Below, one piece after another: positions 16,398 through 24,332 of a stretch of DNA of 64,000 bases. Origin of the DNA: Methanomassiliicoccales archaeon UBA147 (lineage in GTDB: Archaea; Thermoplasmatota; Thermoplasmata; SG8-5); assembly GCA_002496385.1 (NCBI GenBank), contig DAJR01000023.1, forward strand, positions 3,651 to 67,650, written 5' to 3'. Position 1 is the first letter of the stretch; the number at the start of each line of letters is the position of its first letter. The notes beneath the pieces are model-generated. The model worked only from the letters and a program-made list of their open reading frames with translations. It did no database searches and was not told where the DNA came from. The translations under genes were made by a program, and so were the position numbers.

Positions 16398-16802
16398 TTG
16401 ATGAAAGTTTGCATACCGACGATGGGAGACAGGGGAATGGATGAATCCGTGGGCGAGCATTTCGGAAGGGTTCCGACCTATACGCTTGTCAACACCGAAA
16501 CAGGAGAAGTCAAGGTCATCCAGAACACCACAACACACATGGGCGGCACAGGATATGCGCCGGACCTGATTTCGCAGCACGGCGCGGAAGTGATGCTGTG
16601 CGGAGGCCTGGGCAGAAAGGCCATCCAGATGTTCGAAGAAAAGGGCATCATGGTCTATGTCGGCGCAAGCGGCACAGTGGCTGATGCGATCAACCACTGG
16701 AAGGCCGGGCAGTTGCAGGCAGCCACCAATGAGACGGCGTGCCAGCAGCACGCATTTCGGGGCGAGGGCCACGGAGACGGCCACCACCATCACCACGAGT
16801 GA
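16398..16802 (+). CDS. Second NifX/NifB-like domain protein with His-rich C-terminal tail
   Basis: VCIPT..HFGRVPTYTLV...VMLCGGLGRKAIQMFEEKGIMVY; tail GEGHGDGHHHHHE. Confidence 0.7.
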   Translation: MMKVCIPTMGDRGMDESVGEHFGRVPTYTLVNTETGEVKVIQNTTTHMGGTGYAPDLISQHGAEVMLCGGLGRKAIQMFEEKGIMVYVGASGTVADAINHWKAGQLQAATNETACQQHAFRGEGHGDGHHHHHE

Positions 16803-16808
16803 GGGGGC

Positions 16809-17753
16809 CTGAAGACGTCCCTTGCCTATGGCCCGGTACCTTCAAGGAGGTTCGGGCGCTCGATAGGGGTGAGCCCCATTCCTCCCAAGGCTTGCACCTA
16901 CTCATGCATATATTGCCAGCTCGGACACACTACCGATCTGAGAGTGGCGAGGGACAGGTTCTTCGATCCCGCCCGGATTGAAAATGACATCGAAACCGCG
17001 GTTCTGGCCTGTAAAGAGAAAGCGGATTTCATAACGATGGTCGGAGACGGAGAGCCAATATTGTCCACGGACATCGGCCGGCTGATATCATACTGCAAGC
17101 GCCGATGGGACATCCCGGTAGGCGTGATAACCAACGGCTCACTGCTCTGGGATAACGAGGTAAGAAGCCAGCTTCATGAGGCAGACATTGTCTCAGTGAC
17201 TGTTTCCGCCGGCGAGGAGTCCGAGTTCAGGAAGATACACAGGCCGCATGGTAAACTGAAATTTCAAAAGGTAATGGACGGGATGCGTGAGTTCAGGAAA
17301 GATTTCAATGGAAAATTATGGGCGGAGGTCATGCTGGTCGCAGGCCTGAATGACTCAGACGGGGTTCTGCATTCAATCAAGGAACAATTGGATTCAATAT
17401 CCCCTGACAAAATCTTCATCGCAACGCCCACGAGACCGCCGGCCGAGAGCTGGGTAAGGCCGCCCGGAACCGACAGCATCCTGAACGCCGCCGCCATCCT
17501 CAACGGGTCGATAGAGATGACATTGCCGGAAACTGGAAACTTCGCAATAACCGGCGACGTAAAACATATTTCTGATACGATATTGCAGTTATGTTCCAGG
17601 CATCCGATGATGGAGCACCAGCTTAGGGAGATAGAGGGGCAATTGGACACGATATTCGTGGACGGGATGATTGCGGATGGGCTTGTGATATGGAAACCGC
17701 ATATGGGCATCCGATACCTTGTGCCAAATAATATGAAAGGGAGGCAAACATAA
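16809..17753 (+). CDS. Radical SAM protein (COG0731-like); start placed at a non-canonical CTG, the only canonical start being GTG 16869
   Basis: CTYSCIYC (CxxxCxxC). In frame upstream of GTG 16869 lies LKTSLAYGPVPSRRFGRSIG, matching the family's conserved N-terminus (..FGPVPSRRLGRSLG..). It is bounded by TGA at 16800 and has no ATG/GTG/TTG. A GAGGGGG SD-like sequence sits just before CTG 16809. Confidence 0.7.
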   Translation: MKTSLAYGPVPSRRFGRSIGVSPIPPKACTYSCIYCQLGHTTDLRVARDRFFDPARIENDIETAVLACKEKADFITMVGDGEPILSTDIGRLISYCKRRWDIPVGVITNGSLLWDNEVRSQLHEADIVSVTVSAGEESEFRKIHRPHGKLKFQKVMDGMREFRKDFNGKLWAEVMLVAGLNDSDGVLHSIKEQLDSISPDKIFIATPTRPPAESWVRPPGTDSILNAAAILNGSIEMTLPETGNFAITGDVKHISDTILQLCSRHPMMEHQLREIEGQLDTIFVDGMIADGLVIWKPHMGIRYLVPNNMKGRQT

Positions 17754-18595
17754 TGGGCATGAAAATTGCAATAGCAAGCGGCAAGGGCGGGACAGGCAAG
17801 ACAACCGTGGCGGTGAACCTGGCGCTGAGCCTGGGGAATGTCCAGCTCATCGACTGCGATGTGGAGAATCCGAACGGCCACCTGTTCCTGGGAAAGGAAC
17901 TGGAAGAGGTAGAACCCGTGAATCTGACTGTACCGCTCATAGACAAGGCAAAATGCACGAACTGCGGGAAGTGCGCCGAGTTCTGCCGCTACAACGCTCT
18001 GGTCACGATCAAACAGGCCACACTTTTCTTCCCGGAGATGTGCCACGGCTGCGGCGGCTGCACCCTGGTCTGCCCGGAGAACGCCATCAGCGAAGTTCCC
18101 AGGCCCATCGGCAAGATTTACCATGCAGATGTCGCGGGGATGGATTTCTGGTCAGGGCTGCTGAACATAGGCGAGCCCATGGCCACGCCTGTCATAAAGC
18201 GGCTGAAATACCATGTCGCTGCCTCGAGAACCGTGATACTGGACTCCCCCCCGGGCACTGCCTGCCCGGTGATTGAAACCATGTCCGACGCAGATTTTGT
18301 GATACTTGTAACCGAGCCCACACCATTCGGCCTTCACGACCTGAAACTGGCCGTCGAAGTGGTCCGGCTTCTGGGAATTCCCTTCGGCGTGATAGTTAAC
18401 CGCATGGGCTCGGGAGACGACAGGGTCCAGAGGCACTGCGGGGAAGAGGGCATTGAAGTCCTGATGGAGATACCCCAGGACCAGGGCATAGCCAGGCTTT
18501 ACTCGAAAGGCACGCCCTTCGTGCAGGAAATGCCCGAATGGAAGGCCAAGTTCAGGGACCTCCATGCTGGGATAATGAAGGTGGTGGGACAATGA
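17753..18595 (+). CDS. MinD/ParA-superfamily P-loop ATPase with embedded 2x[4Fe-4S] ferredoxin domain
   Basis: GKGGTGKTT; CTNCGKCAEFC and CHGCGGCTLVCP; TAATG overlap with the preceding gene. Confidence 0.75.
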   Translation: MGMKIAIASGKGGTGKTTVAVNLALSLGNVQLIDCDVENPNGHLFLGKELEEVEPVNLTVPLIDKAKCTNCGKCAEFCRYNALVTIKQATLFFPEMCHGCGGCTLVCPENAISEVPRPIGKIYHADVAGMDFWSGLLNIGEPMATPVIKRLKYHVAASRTVILDSPPGTACPVIETMSDADFVILVTEPTPFGLHDLKLAVEVVRLLGIPFGVIVNRMGSGDDRVQRHCGEEGIEVLMEIPQDQGIARLYSKGTPFVQEMPEWKAKFRDLHAGIMKVVGQ

Positions 18596-19455
18596 AACAG
18601 TTAACTGTCATCAGCGGCAAGGGTGGGACAGGCAAGACAACCATCACCGCAGCATTCGCGTCCCTGGCGCGGAATGCGGTGCTGGCGGACTGCGATGTTG
18701 ATGCCGCAGACCTGCATCTCATCCTGAATCCGAAAATCAGGGAGACAATGGAGTTCAAAGGCCTAAAAATCGCAAGGAAGGATTCGGACAAATGCATATC
18801 CTGCGGCAAATGCCTGGAGCACTGCCGTTTCAATGCCATTGACGGGAATTTCAACATCAAGGACACCGGGTGCGAGGGCTGCGGCGTGTGCGAGTATGTC
18901 TGCCCCGCAAAGGCCATAACGCTTGTGGACAGGATATCCGGCCATGCCTATCTCTCGGAGACAAGGTTCGGGCCCATGGCCCATGCTGCACTCAAGACTG
19001 CCGAAGAAGCTTCGGGCATGCTGGTTTCCCTTGTGCGGGAGAACGCCAAGCGCCTTGCCAGGGAGCAAAACCGGGATACGGTGATAATCGACGGGCCGCC
19101 GGGCATTGGTTGCCCGGTCATATCGGCCATTGCCGGCGTGGATCTTGTATTGGTGGTATCGGAGCCCACAGTATCGGGCGTTCACGACGCAGAGCGCGTG
19201 TTGGGCGTGGCAAAGCATTTCAGGATACCGGCCATGATGCTGGTGAACAAGGCCGACCTCAACCCCCAGATGGCTGAGAAGCTTGAGAGGTATTGCCTGG
19301 ACAGCGGCGTGAAGCTTGCCGGACGCCTGCCTTACGACAATGTCACGACCGAGGCAATGATCGCCGGGAAGACTGTCATCGAGTACTCGGACGGCGCCTT
19401 CTCGGCAGAGCTTCGCGAGGTGTGGGCGAAGGTGCTGGTGTCCCTGCAGGCCTAA
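18592..19455 (+). CDS. Second MinD/ParA-like ATPase with 2x[4Fe-4S] ferredoxin insert (paralog)
   Basis: GKGGTGKTT; CISCGKCLEHC and CEGCGVCEYVCP; ATGA overlap with the previous paralog. Confidence 0.75.
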   Translation: MKQLTVISGKGGTGKTTITAAFASLARNAVLADCDVDAADLHLILNPKIRETMEFKGLKIARKDSDKCISCGKCLEHCRFNAIDGNFNIKDTGCEGCGVCEYVCPAKAITLVDRISGHAYLSETRFGPMAHAALKTAEEASGMLVSLVRENAKRLAREQNRDTVIIDGPPGIGCPVISAIAGVDLVLVVSEPTVSGVHDAERVLGVAKHFRIPAMMLVNKADLNPQMAEKLERYCLDSGVKLAGRLPYDNVTTEAMIAGKTVIEYSDGAFSAELREVWAKVLVSLQA

Positions 19456-19889
19456 TCATATGCCAACCGGATATTCTCAGCTGCCAGCGTGGGTTTAATC
19501 AACTCCTGCCAGACAGCGGACTCCCATGTTCCCAGCTTGCTGTGCGTCAGAAAATATTTCTGGGGTATCGGGTGTGTCCCCACGACCACCTTGATGCCGT
19601 ATTTCTCGGTGATGAAGTCCCTGAATCTTGCTATGTTGGGGCAGGGCGGGTATCCGACCACCAGTCCGGTGGCCAGGTGTATCGCTTCCGTGCCGTTCTT
19701 CTTCATCTCCTCGGGCGCGTATTCAATGTTCCCTCCGGGGCATCCGCCGCAGGTGGTGTATCCGACAATCTCCAATGTCTCGTCCTTCGGGTAAATGCTG
19801 AAAGCTCCCTCGCGGTTTCGCGCAGCCCTGAAGCATTTGCCCCCGGCGCAGTTATGGTACCTGTTGCAGATGAATATTCCGATTTTCAT
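19452..19889 (-). CDS. CGGC-domain protein
   Basis: TTCGGCPG plus further conserved Cys (ICNRYHNCAGGKC, PPCP). Convergent with, and overlapping the end of, the MinD-like gene. Confidence 0.7.
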   Translation of the reverse strand: MKIGIFICNRYHNCAGGKCFRAARNREGAFSIYPKDETLEIVGYTTCGGCPGGNIEYAPEEMKKNGTEAIHLATGLVVGYPPCPNIARFRDFITEKYGIKVVVGTHPIPQKYFLTHSKLGTWESAVWQELIKPTLAAENIRLAYD

Positions 19890-19904
19890 GTTTTGGAACG
19901 CTCC

Positions 19905-21179
19905 TCAAACTCCGAACACCATGCCGTCCTCGTCCGGCCTGAAGTCCTTGGCCGGCGTCTCCTTCTTGTGCATGGCTATCTCGTTCCTCACAGTCTCTGC
20001 CAGCCTCTTTATTCCCTCGTCAATCTCCGCGTCCGTGGCATAGGTGAAATTCAACCTCATGGTATTCCTGCCGCTTCTGTCCGCAAAGAACGAGGCTCCG
20101 TGCACATAAGCGACATTGTTCTCCAGCGCTCTCGTGAACATCTCCTTCGTGTCGATGTTCTCCGGCAATGTGACCCAGATAAACATTCCCCCCTCGGGCT
20201 TGGTCCATTTCGCCTCTGCGGGGAAATGCCTGTCCATGGCAGCGAGCATGCGGTCGCGCTTGTGCTTGTAGAGCGATTTGATCTTCTCGAGGTGCTGGTC
20301 CAGATATCCGCGCGTCAGATACTCGGCCGCGATGTGCTGGCCGAATGTGTTCGTGCATAAATCCGCGGCCTGCTTCACTATGATGAGTTTGTTGAGCAGA
20401 TCCTTGTCGGCAATGCACCATGCCACTCTGAATCCGGGGGCCAGAACCTTCGAAAATGTTCCCAGGTAGATCACTCTGCCGTCCTCGTCCATGGTTTTCA
20501 TGGGTTTTATTGCCTGGCCGCTGTACCTGAGCTCCGAGTATGGTGCATCCTCTATCACGACCATGTCGTATTCCCGTGCAATCTCCAGGACGCGCTTACG
20601 CCTCTCCATTGTCATTGTGACGCCGGAGGGATTCTGAAATGCCGGGACCAGGTAAAGGAGCTCGGGGTTGCGCCCGTGCATCTGAAGCTGCTTGATCTTG
20701 TCCTCCAGCGCCTCCGGGTCCATGCCTTCTTCGTCCACCGGGACGCTTTCCAGCAATGCCCCGTAGGACCTGAACGCATTGGTGCCGCCCATGTAAGTGG
20801 GCGCGCCCACGATGACTGTGTCGTCCGGGTCCAGGAATGTCTTGCCGATGAGGTCGAGGGCCTGCTGCGAGCCTGCCGTGATCAGGACATTGTGGTAGTT
20901 GATGTTCATGCCCTTGCCCACCATCCTGTCGGCAATGGCCTTTCTCAGCTCCGTAACACCCTCTGTGGTGCCGTACTGGAGTATGTTGGGCCCCTTCTCG
21001 TCCAAGAGATAATTGCATATCTCCCTTACCTTGTCAACAGGGAAGGCTTCGGGGCTGGGCAGTCCGCCCGCAAACGAGATAACTTCCTTCCTCTCCGTGA
21101 GCTTCAGAAGCTCTCGGATTTCGGACGCTTTCATCTCCTTGGCATTCTTCGAATAAAGATGCGAGAATTTGCTTGGCAT
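19905..21179 (-). CDS. PLP-dependent aminotransferase (class I/II, 2-aminoadipate/aromatic type)
   Basis: Fold-type I aminotransferase pattern including the Lys-containing segment YLGTFSKVLAPGFRVAW. Confidence 0.8.
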   Translation of the reverse strand: MPSKFSHLYSKNAKEMKASEIRELLKLTERKEVISFAGGLPSPEAFPVDKVREICNYLLDEKGPNILQYGTTEGVTELRKAIADRMVGKGMNINYHNVLITAGSQQALDLIGKTFLDPDDTVIVGAPTYMGGTNAFRSYGALLESVPVDEEGMDPEALEDKIKQLQMHGRNPELLYLVPAFQNPSGVTMTMERRKRVLEIAREYDMVVIEDAPYSELRYSGQAIKPMKTMDEDGRVIYLGTFSKVLAPGFRVAWCIADKDLLNKLIIVKQAADLCTNTFGQHIAAEYLTRGYLDQHLEKIKSLYKHKRDRMLAAMDRHFPAEAKWTKPEGGMFIWVTLPENIDTKEMFTRALENNVAYVHGASFFADRSGRNTMRLNFTYATDAEIDEGIKRLAETVRNEIAMHKKETPAKDFRPDEDGMVFGV

Positions 21180-21308
21180 TCATATACCTCCTTGCACACT
21201 GGCAGAGTTCCGGAAGACACGGGCTCCCTGCACCTGTCTGGTAATTGTTCTTTGCTAATATACCTGTCGGAAATCGAGCCAACAGAAACAAAGGCGCGCA
21301 CTTTATTA

Positions 21309-22856
21309 ATGGCCGAAGATATAAGGCAGGCCATGTCCCGCCCCAGCATACTGAGGATGACCGAGCCCCTCTCCACCCGGGAGGGGAAGCTCACGCTTCT
21401 GGCACTGCTCATGATGCTTTACGTGATGGCCCTCCTTGCGTCGATATCCGTGCACGAACTGCTCGGGCACGGGCTTTTCGCGGCCCTTCTCGGCGGAGAC
21501 GTTTACGCATTCTACCTGTCCCCGGGAAGCGGTTTCGTGTCATTCTGGCTTCCCCCCGCCATGACTGCCGCCCAGGTAGCCCTGGTATACATGGCCGGCA
21601 TCCTCGTCCAGCTCCTGATAGGGACCATTGTCCTGTTCCTGGTCATCCCCAGAATCAAGAATTTCATGCTTGGCCTCTTCGCTCTCATGTTCTGCATCGG
21701 CATGACAGTCCATTCCTCCCTCTACCTTTTCATGGGCTACATCTACGATTACGGCGATACGAGGTATGCCGCCAGCATTTTGCGGGTGCAGCCCGATGCA
21801 TTCATGGTCGCGGGAATGATTATCACGGGATTTTTCATAATCGCGCTCTCCGTGGTCGCGCTCAGGTTCCTGGGCCGGTTCATGGACCTGGAGAACGACC
21901 GCAATCGCACAGGGGCCCTGGCCATTATCTGGCTCCCTGCGCTCCTGCTCAGCGGAGCGATTTCCTTCATTTTATCCTTGATGCTTCCGCATTCCGAGAT
22001 GGCTTATCCTCTCATCAACTCCGCCATTCTGATGCTCTTCGTGGCCACTGCCCTGTTCCTTGTTCCCATATTCACCGAGCCAGTAAAGGGAATCGAGCAT
22101 AGGATATCCTTCCGCAGCGTGCTGTCGGTTGTGATTTGCTTCATGGTGATACTGGCCGGTTGGGCGGGGATTTTCGGTATGTCCCAGGAGTCGGCCCGCG
22201 GCGTCCTGCTCCACGACCCCCCACTCCAGGTGGAGAATTTTTACTCGGATTACTCGCTGGGCAACGCGAACCTTCATGCTTATTCCAACGGAACCCTGAA
22301 GATTGACATCGTCCTCAGGAATATGATGGATTCTCCTTCCCCTCTCGACGAGAAGATATACCGCACATTCGACCGGCGCCCGGACTGGGACAGGTACATC
22401 GCACGCTCCAGGGGCATGCTCGTGACCATGTTCGGCCTTGAAAGAAGCGTCGGGGAGAACCTCACCTTCAGCACGGCACTGGGCACGGCAAGGGCACCGG
22501 GCATCGAGGACGAATTCGGAAGAATATGCACGACTTACATCTCCCTGGCCGGAACAAGGCAGATACACATGACGCCGGGCGAGCTGATTCCTCATCCGGA
22601 GATATCCCTGGTGTCGGGAGACTACAAGGTTGGCTTCATTGACCCATGGAACAACCAGGGCGGATACCTGGACGGGGTCACGGTGTCCTGGGATCCGGGC
22701 ATGGTGCCGCTGGAAATCATCGCATGGAACCGTGCCAACCCTTCCATTCCTTACAGCCTGGGAAGCCCGGAAGAGAACAGGGTCGGCTGGAGCAATGTGA
22801 ACATAGAAGAATCTCCAGCGAATTACCGGGTCGTTCTGAATCGGAGCGATGATTGA
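21309..22856 (+). CDS. Polytopic membrane protein with HExxH zinc-metalloprotease-like motif and ~280-aa C-terminal soluble domain
   Basis: VHELLGHGLFAALLGG within the first TM helix (M50/site-2-protease-like), about 8 predicted TM helices, then a hydrophilic domain. The upstream 211 codons of ORF 20676.. are antisense to the aminotransferase and are discarded. Confidence 0.55.
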   Translation: MAEDIRQAMSRPSILRMTEPLSTREGKLTLLALLMMLYVMALLASISVHELLGHGLFAALLGGDVYAFYLSPGSGFVSFWLPPAMTAAQVALVYMAGILVQLLIGTIVLFLVIPRIKNFMLGLFALMFCIGMTVHSSLYLFMGYIYDYGDTRYAASILRVQPDAFMVAGMIITGFFIIALSVVALRFLGRFMDLENDRNRTGALAIIWLPALLLSGAISFILSLMLPHSEMAYPLINSAILMLFVATALFLVPIFTEPVKGIEHRISFRSVLSVVICFMVILAGWAGIFGMSQESARGVLLHDPPLQVENFYSDYSLGNANLHAYSNGTLKIDIVLRNMMDSPSPLDEKIYRTFDRRPDWDRYIARSRGMLVTMFGLERSVGENLTFSTALGTARAPGIEDEFGRICTTYISLAGTRQIHMTPGELIPHPEISLVSGDYKVGFIDPWNNQGGYLDGVTVSWDPGMVPLEIIAWNRANPSIPYSLGSPEENRVGWSNVNIEESPANYRVVLNRSDD

Positions 22857-22862
22857 AAATAT

Positions 22863-23045
22863 CTACATTTCGTCGATGCCCATTGATAAAAGGACAGCCA
22901 GGCCGAACCAGCTGAGCATGAGTATCATCAGAGGGAGCGAACCCCATCCCAGGAACACCTGGATTGCCAGGAATATCAGCGGCACTCCGAAGCCGAGAAA
23001 GCCGAACAGCATTTTCCTGCCCTTGTCTTCGATGAACTGGTTCAT
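22863..23045 (-). CDS. Small two-TM membrane protein (hypothetical)
   Basis: 60 aa, two hydrophobic helices; no other support. Confidence 0.3.
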   Translation of the reverse strand: MNQFIEDKGRKMLFGFLGFGVPLIFLAIQVFLGWGSLPLMILMLSWFGLAVLLSMGIDEM

Positions 23046-23199
23046 ACACCCGAAGGATGCGGAGGGGGTATAAAAAACTTAACTATGCCGGTATTAGGTC
23101 AAGATTCTCTAGTTGCCACCATCTGTAATTTTAGATTGTAGATTGACGATTTTAGATTTTTGTTCACGGCATGATGGGTTATCAATTCTTTTTGTAACG

Positions 23200-23346
23200 G
23201 GGGCTAGGGTCTTTACCTGCAAAATGGTGTAAAGGGTCTAGGGTCTTTGGTTGTAAAATGAGATAAAGGGTCTAGGGGTTGCTGGCTGTCGTGAACAGCC
23301 AGCACAAAACATATGTTGGCAACCCTAGACCCTAGTCCCTAGACCC
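23200..23346. repeat. Nested direct/inverted repeats of GGGTCTAGGG flanking a central palindrome
   Basis: GGGTCTAGGG or variants at 23202, 23235 and 23269 (direct) and as CCCTAGACCC at 23323 and 23337 (inverted). Central hairpin TGCTGGCTG-tcgtgaa-CAGCCAGCA (23279-23303). Palindrome AACATATGTT. A TATA-like gggggtataaaaaac at 23064-23078 lies upstream. Confidence 0.6.
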
Positions 23347-23410
23347 AGACATATAAAATTGTTAAGCTTCATTCCAACAATCGCATACATATGCCCAAGT
23401 AGTTTTATGT

Positions 23411-24079
23411 TCAGATGCCGGCAGCCTTCCTCAGGGCAGCAATCTCTCCCTCCGGCCCCCTCTTGCCCCTGAACACGGCCGAGCCAGCCACGATGACGGT
23501 CGCTCCGGCCCTGACAGCATCCGCAACGTTGTGCTCGTTGATGCCCCCGTCCACCTCTATCTCCGTACCGAGTCCTGACCTGTCAACGGCTGTTCTGGCC
23601 TCGGTAATCTTGGCGAAATGCTCTGTCATACATTTCTGCCCGCCGAAGCCCGGGTTCACTGTCATGATGACGACCATGTCAAGCTCAGGAAGGTATGGCT
23701 CGATGCCAGAAAACGGGTTGCACGGGTTGAGGGCCATGCCGACCTTCGCGCCCAGGTCCCTAATGTGCCTGATGGTCTCTCTAGGCTCATCCCCCGATTC
23801 AATGTGGAAGGTCAGCCAGTCGCTTCCCGCCTCCACGAATTGCTGTGCGTACTGCTTCGGGTGCGTGATCATGAGATGCGTGTCGAACGGTATCTCCGAG
23901 ACCGCCTTCAGCTCCCTGGCGAATGCCGGCCCGAAGGTGATGTTCGGGACGAAGTTCCCGTCCATAACGTCCAGATGCACGAAGTCCGCCCCGCTCCTGT
24001 TAAGAACGCGGATGGCATCGCCCAGCCCGGTTAGGTCCGCCGATAGGATGGAAGGCGCAATCCTGACTTTCCGTGTCAT
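23411..24079 (-). CDS. rpe: Ribulose-phosphate 3-epimerase
   Basis: HLDVMDGNFVPN, MTVNPGFGGQ, VDGGI. Confidence 0.85.
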   Translation of the reverse strand: MTRKVRIAPSILSADLTGLGDAIRVLNRSGADFVHLDVMDGNFVPNITFGPAFARELKAVSEIPFDTHLMITHPKQYAQQFVEAGSDWLTFHIESGDEPRETIRHIRDLGAKVGMALNPCNPFSGIEPYLPELDMVVIMTVNPGFGGQKCMTEHFAKITEARTAVDRSGLGTEIEVDGGINEHNVADAVRAGATVIVAGSAVFRGKRGPEGEIAALRKAAGI

Positions 24080-24097
24080 GGTTATACGGCCTCCGGA

Positions 24098-24270
24098 TCA
24101 ATTGTACATGTCCAGGAATCTCTGGTTCGACGGAATGGCGTCATACTCTTCCTGGCCGTCGTCCATCTCCATGACAATGTTGACTAGTGAGTTCACCACT
24201 TCCTGCATGTGCTTGAGTTCTGTACGGAGCTGTCTTATCTCCTCAATGAGTTCCTGGTTCGTCTTGTCCA
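24098..24270 (-). CDS. Small coiled-coil protein (hypothetical, ~57 aa)
   Basis: GGGAGG SD-like 5-10 nt upstream. MDKTNQELIEEIRQLRTELKHMQEVVNSLVNIVMEMDDGQEEYDAIPSNQRFLDMYN. Coordinates approximate to within 1 nt. Confidence 0.4.
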
Positions 24271-24332
24271 TGAGATTCCTCCCTTTCCATAGCTACATGA
24301 AATCGGCATTAAATATATTTGCGCCCTGAATA

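Noticed and set aside
16800-16802. TGA as selenocysteine or read-through linking NifX-like and radical SAM ORFs into a reversed NifB-like fusion
   Set aside because: The NifX-like protein ends in a natural His tail, a SD-like GAGGGGG precedes the downstream coding block, and no SECIS-like context was noticed; CTG start or base error is more parsimonious. The fusion idea is kept only as a remote alternative.
17264-18124. 286-aa minus-strand ORF
   Set aside because: Antisense to the radical SAM and MinD-like genes.
19293-20360. 355-aa plus-strand ORF
   Set aside because: Antisense to the CGGC and aminotransferase genes; no motifs.
20676-21308. N-terminal 211 codons of ORF 20676..22856
   Set aside because: Antisense to the aminotransferase; protein-like sequence (TM helices, HExxH) starts only at Met 21309.
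23200-23346. Possible CRISPR array
   Set aside because: Repeats are only ~10 nt, irregularly spaced and present in both orientations around a palindrome; no cas genes; not CRISPR-like.
23046-23410. Archaeal replication origin (ORB repeats + AT-rich DUE)
   Set aside because: No orc1/cdc6 gene nearby and the repeats do not resemble ORB consensus as far as I can recall; treated as regulatory/ncRNA repeat instead.
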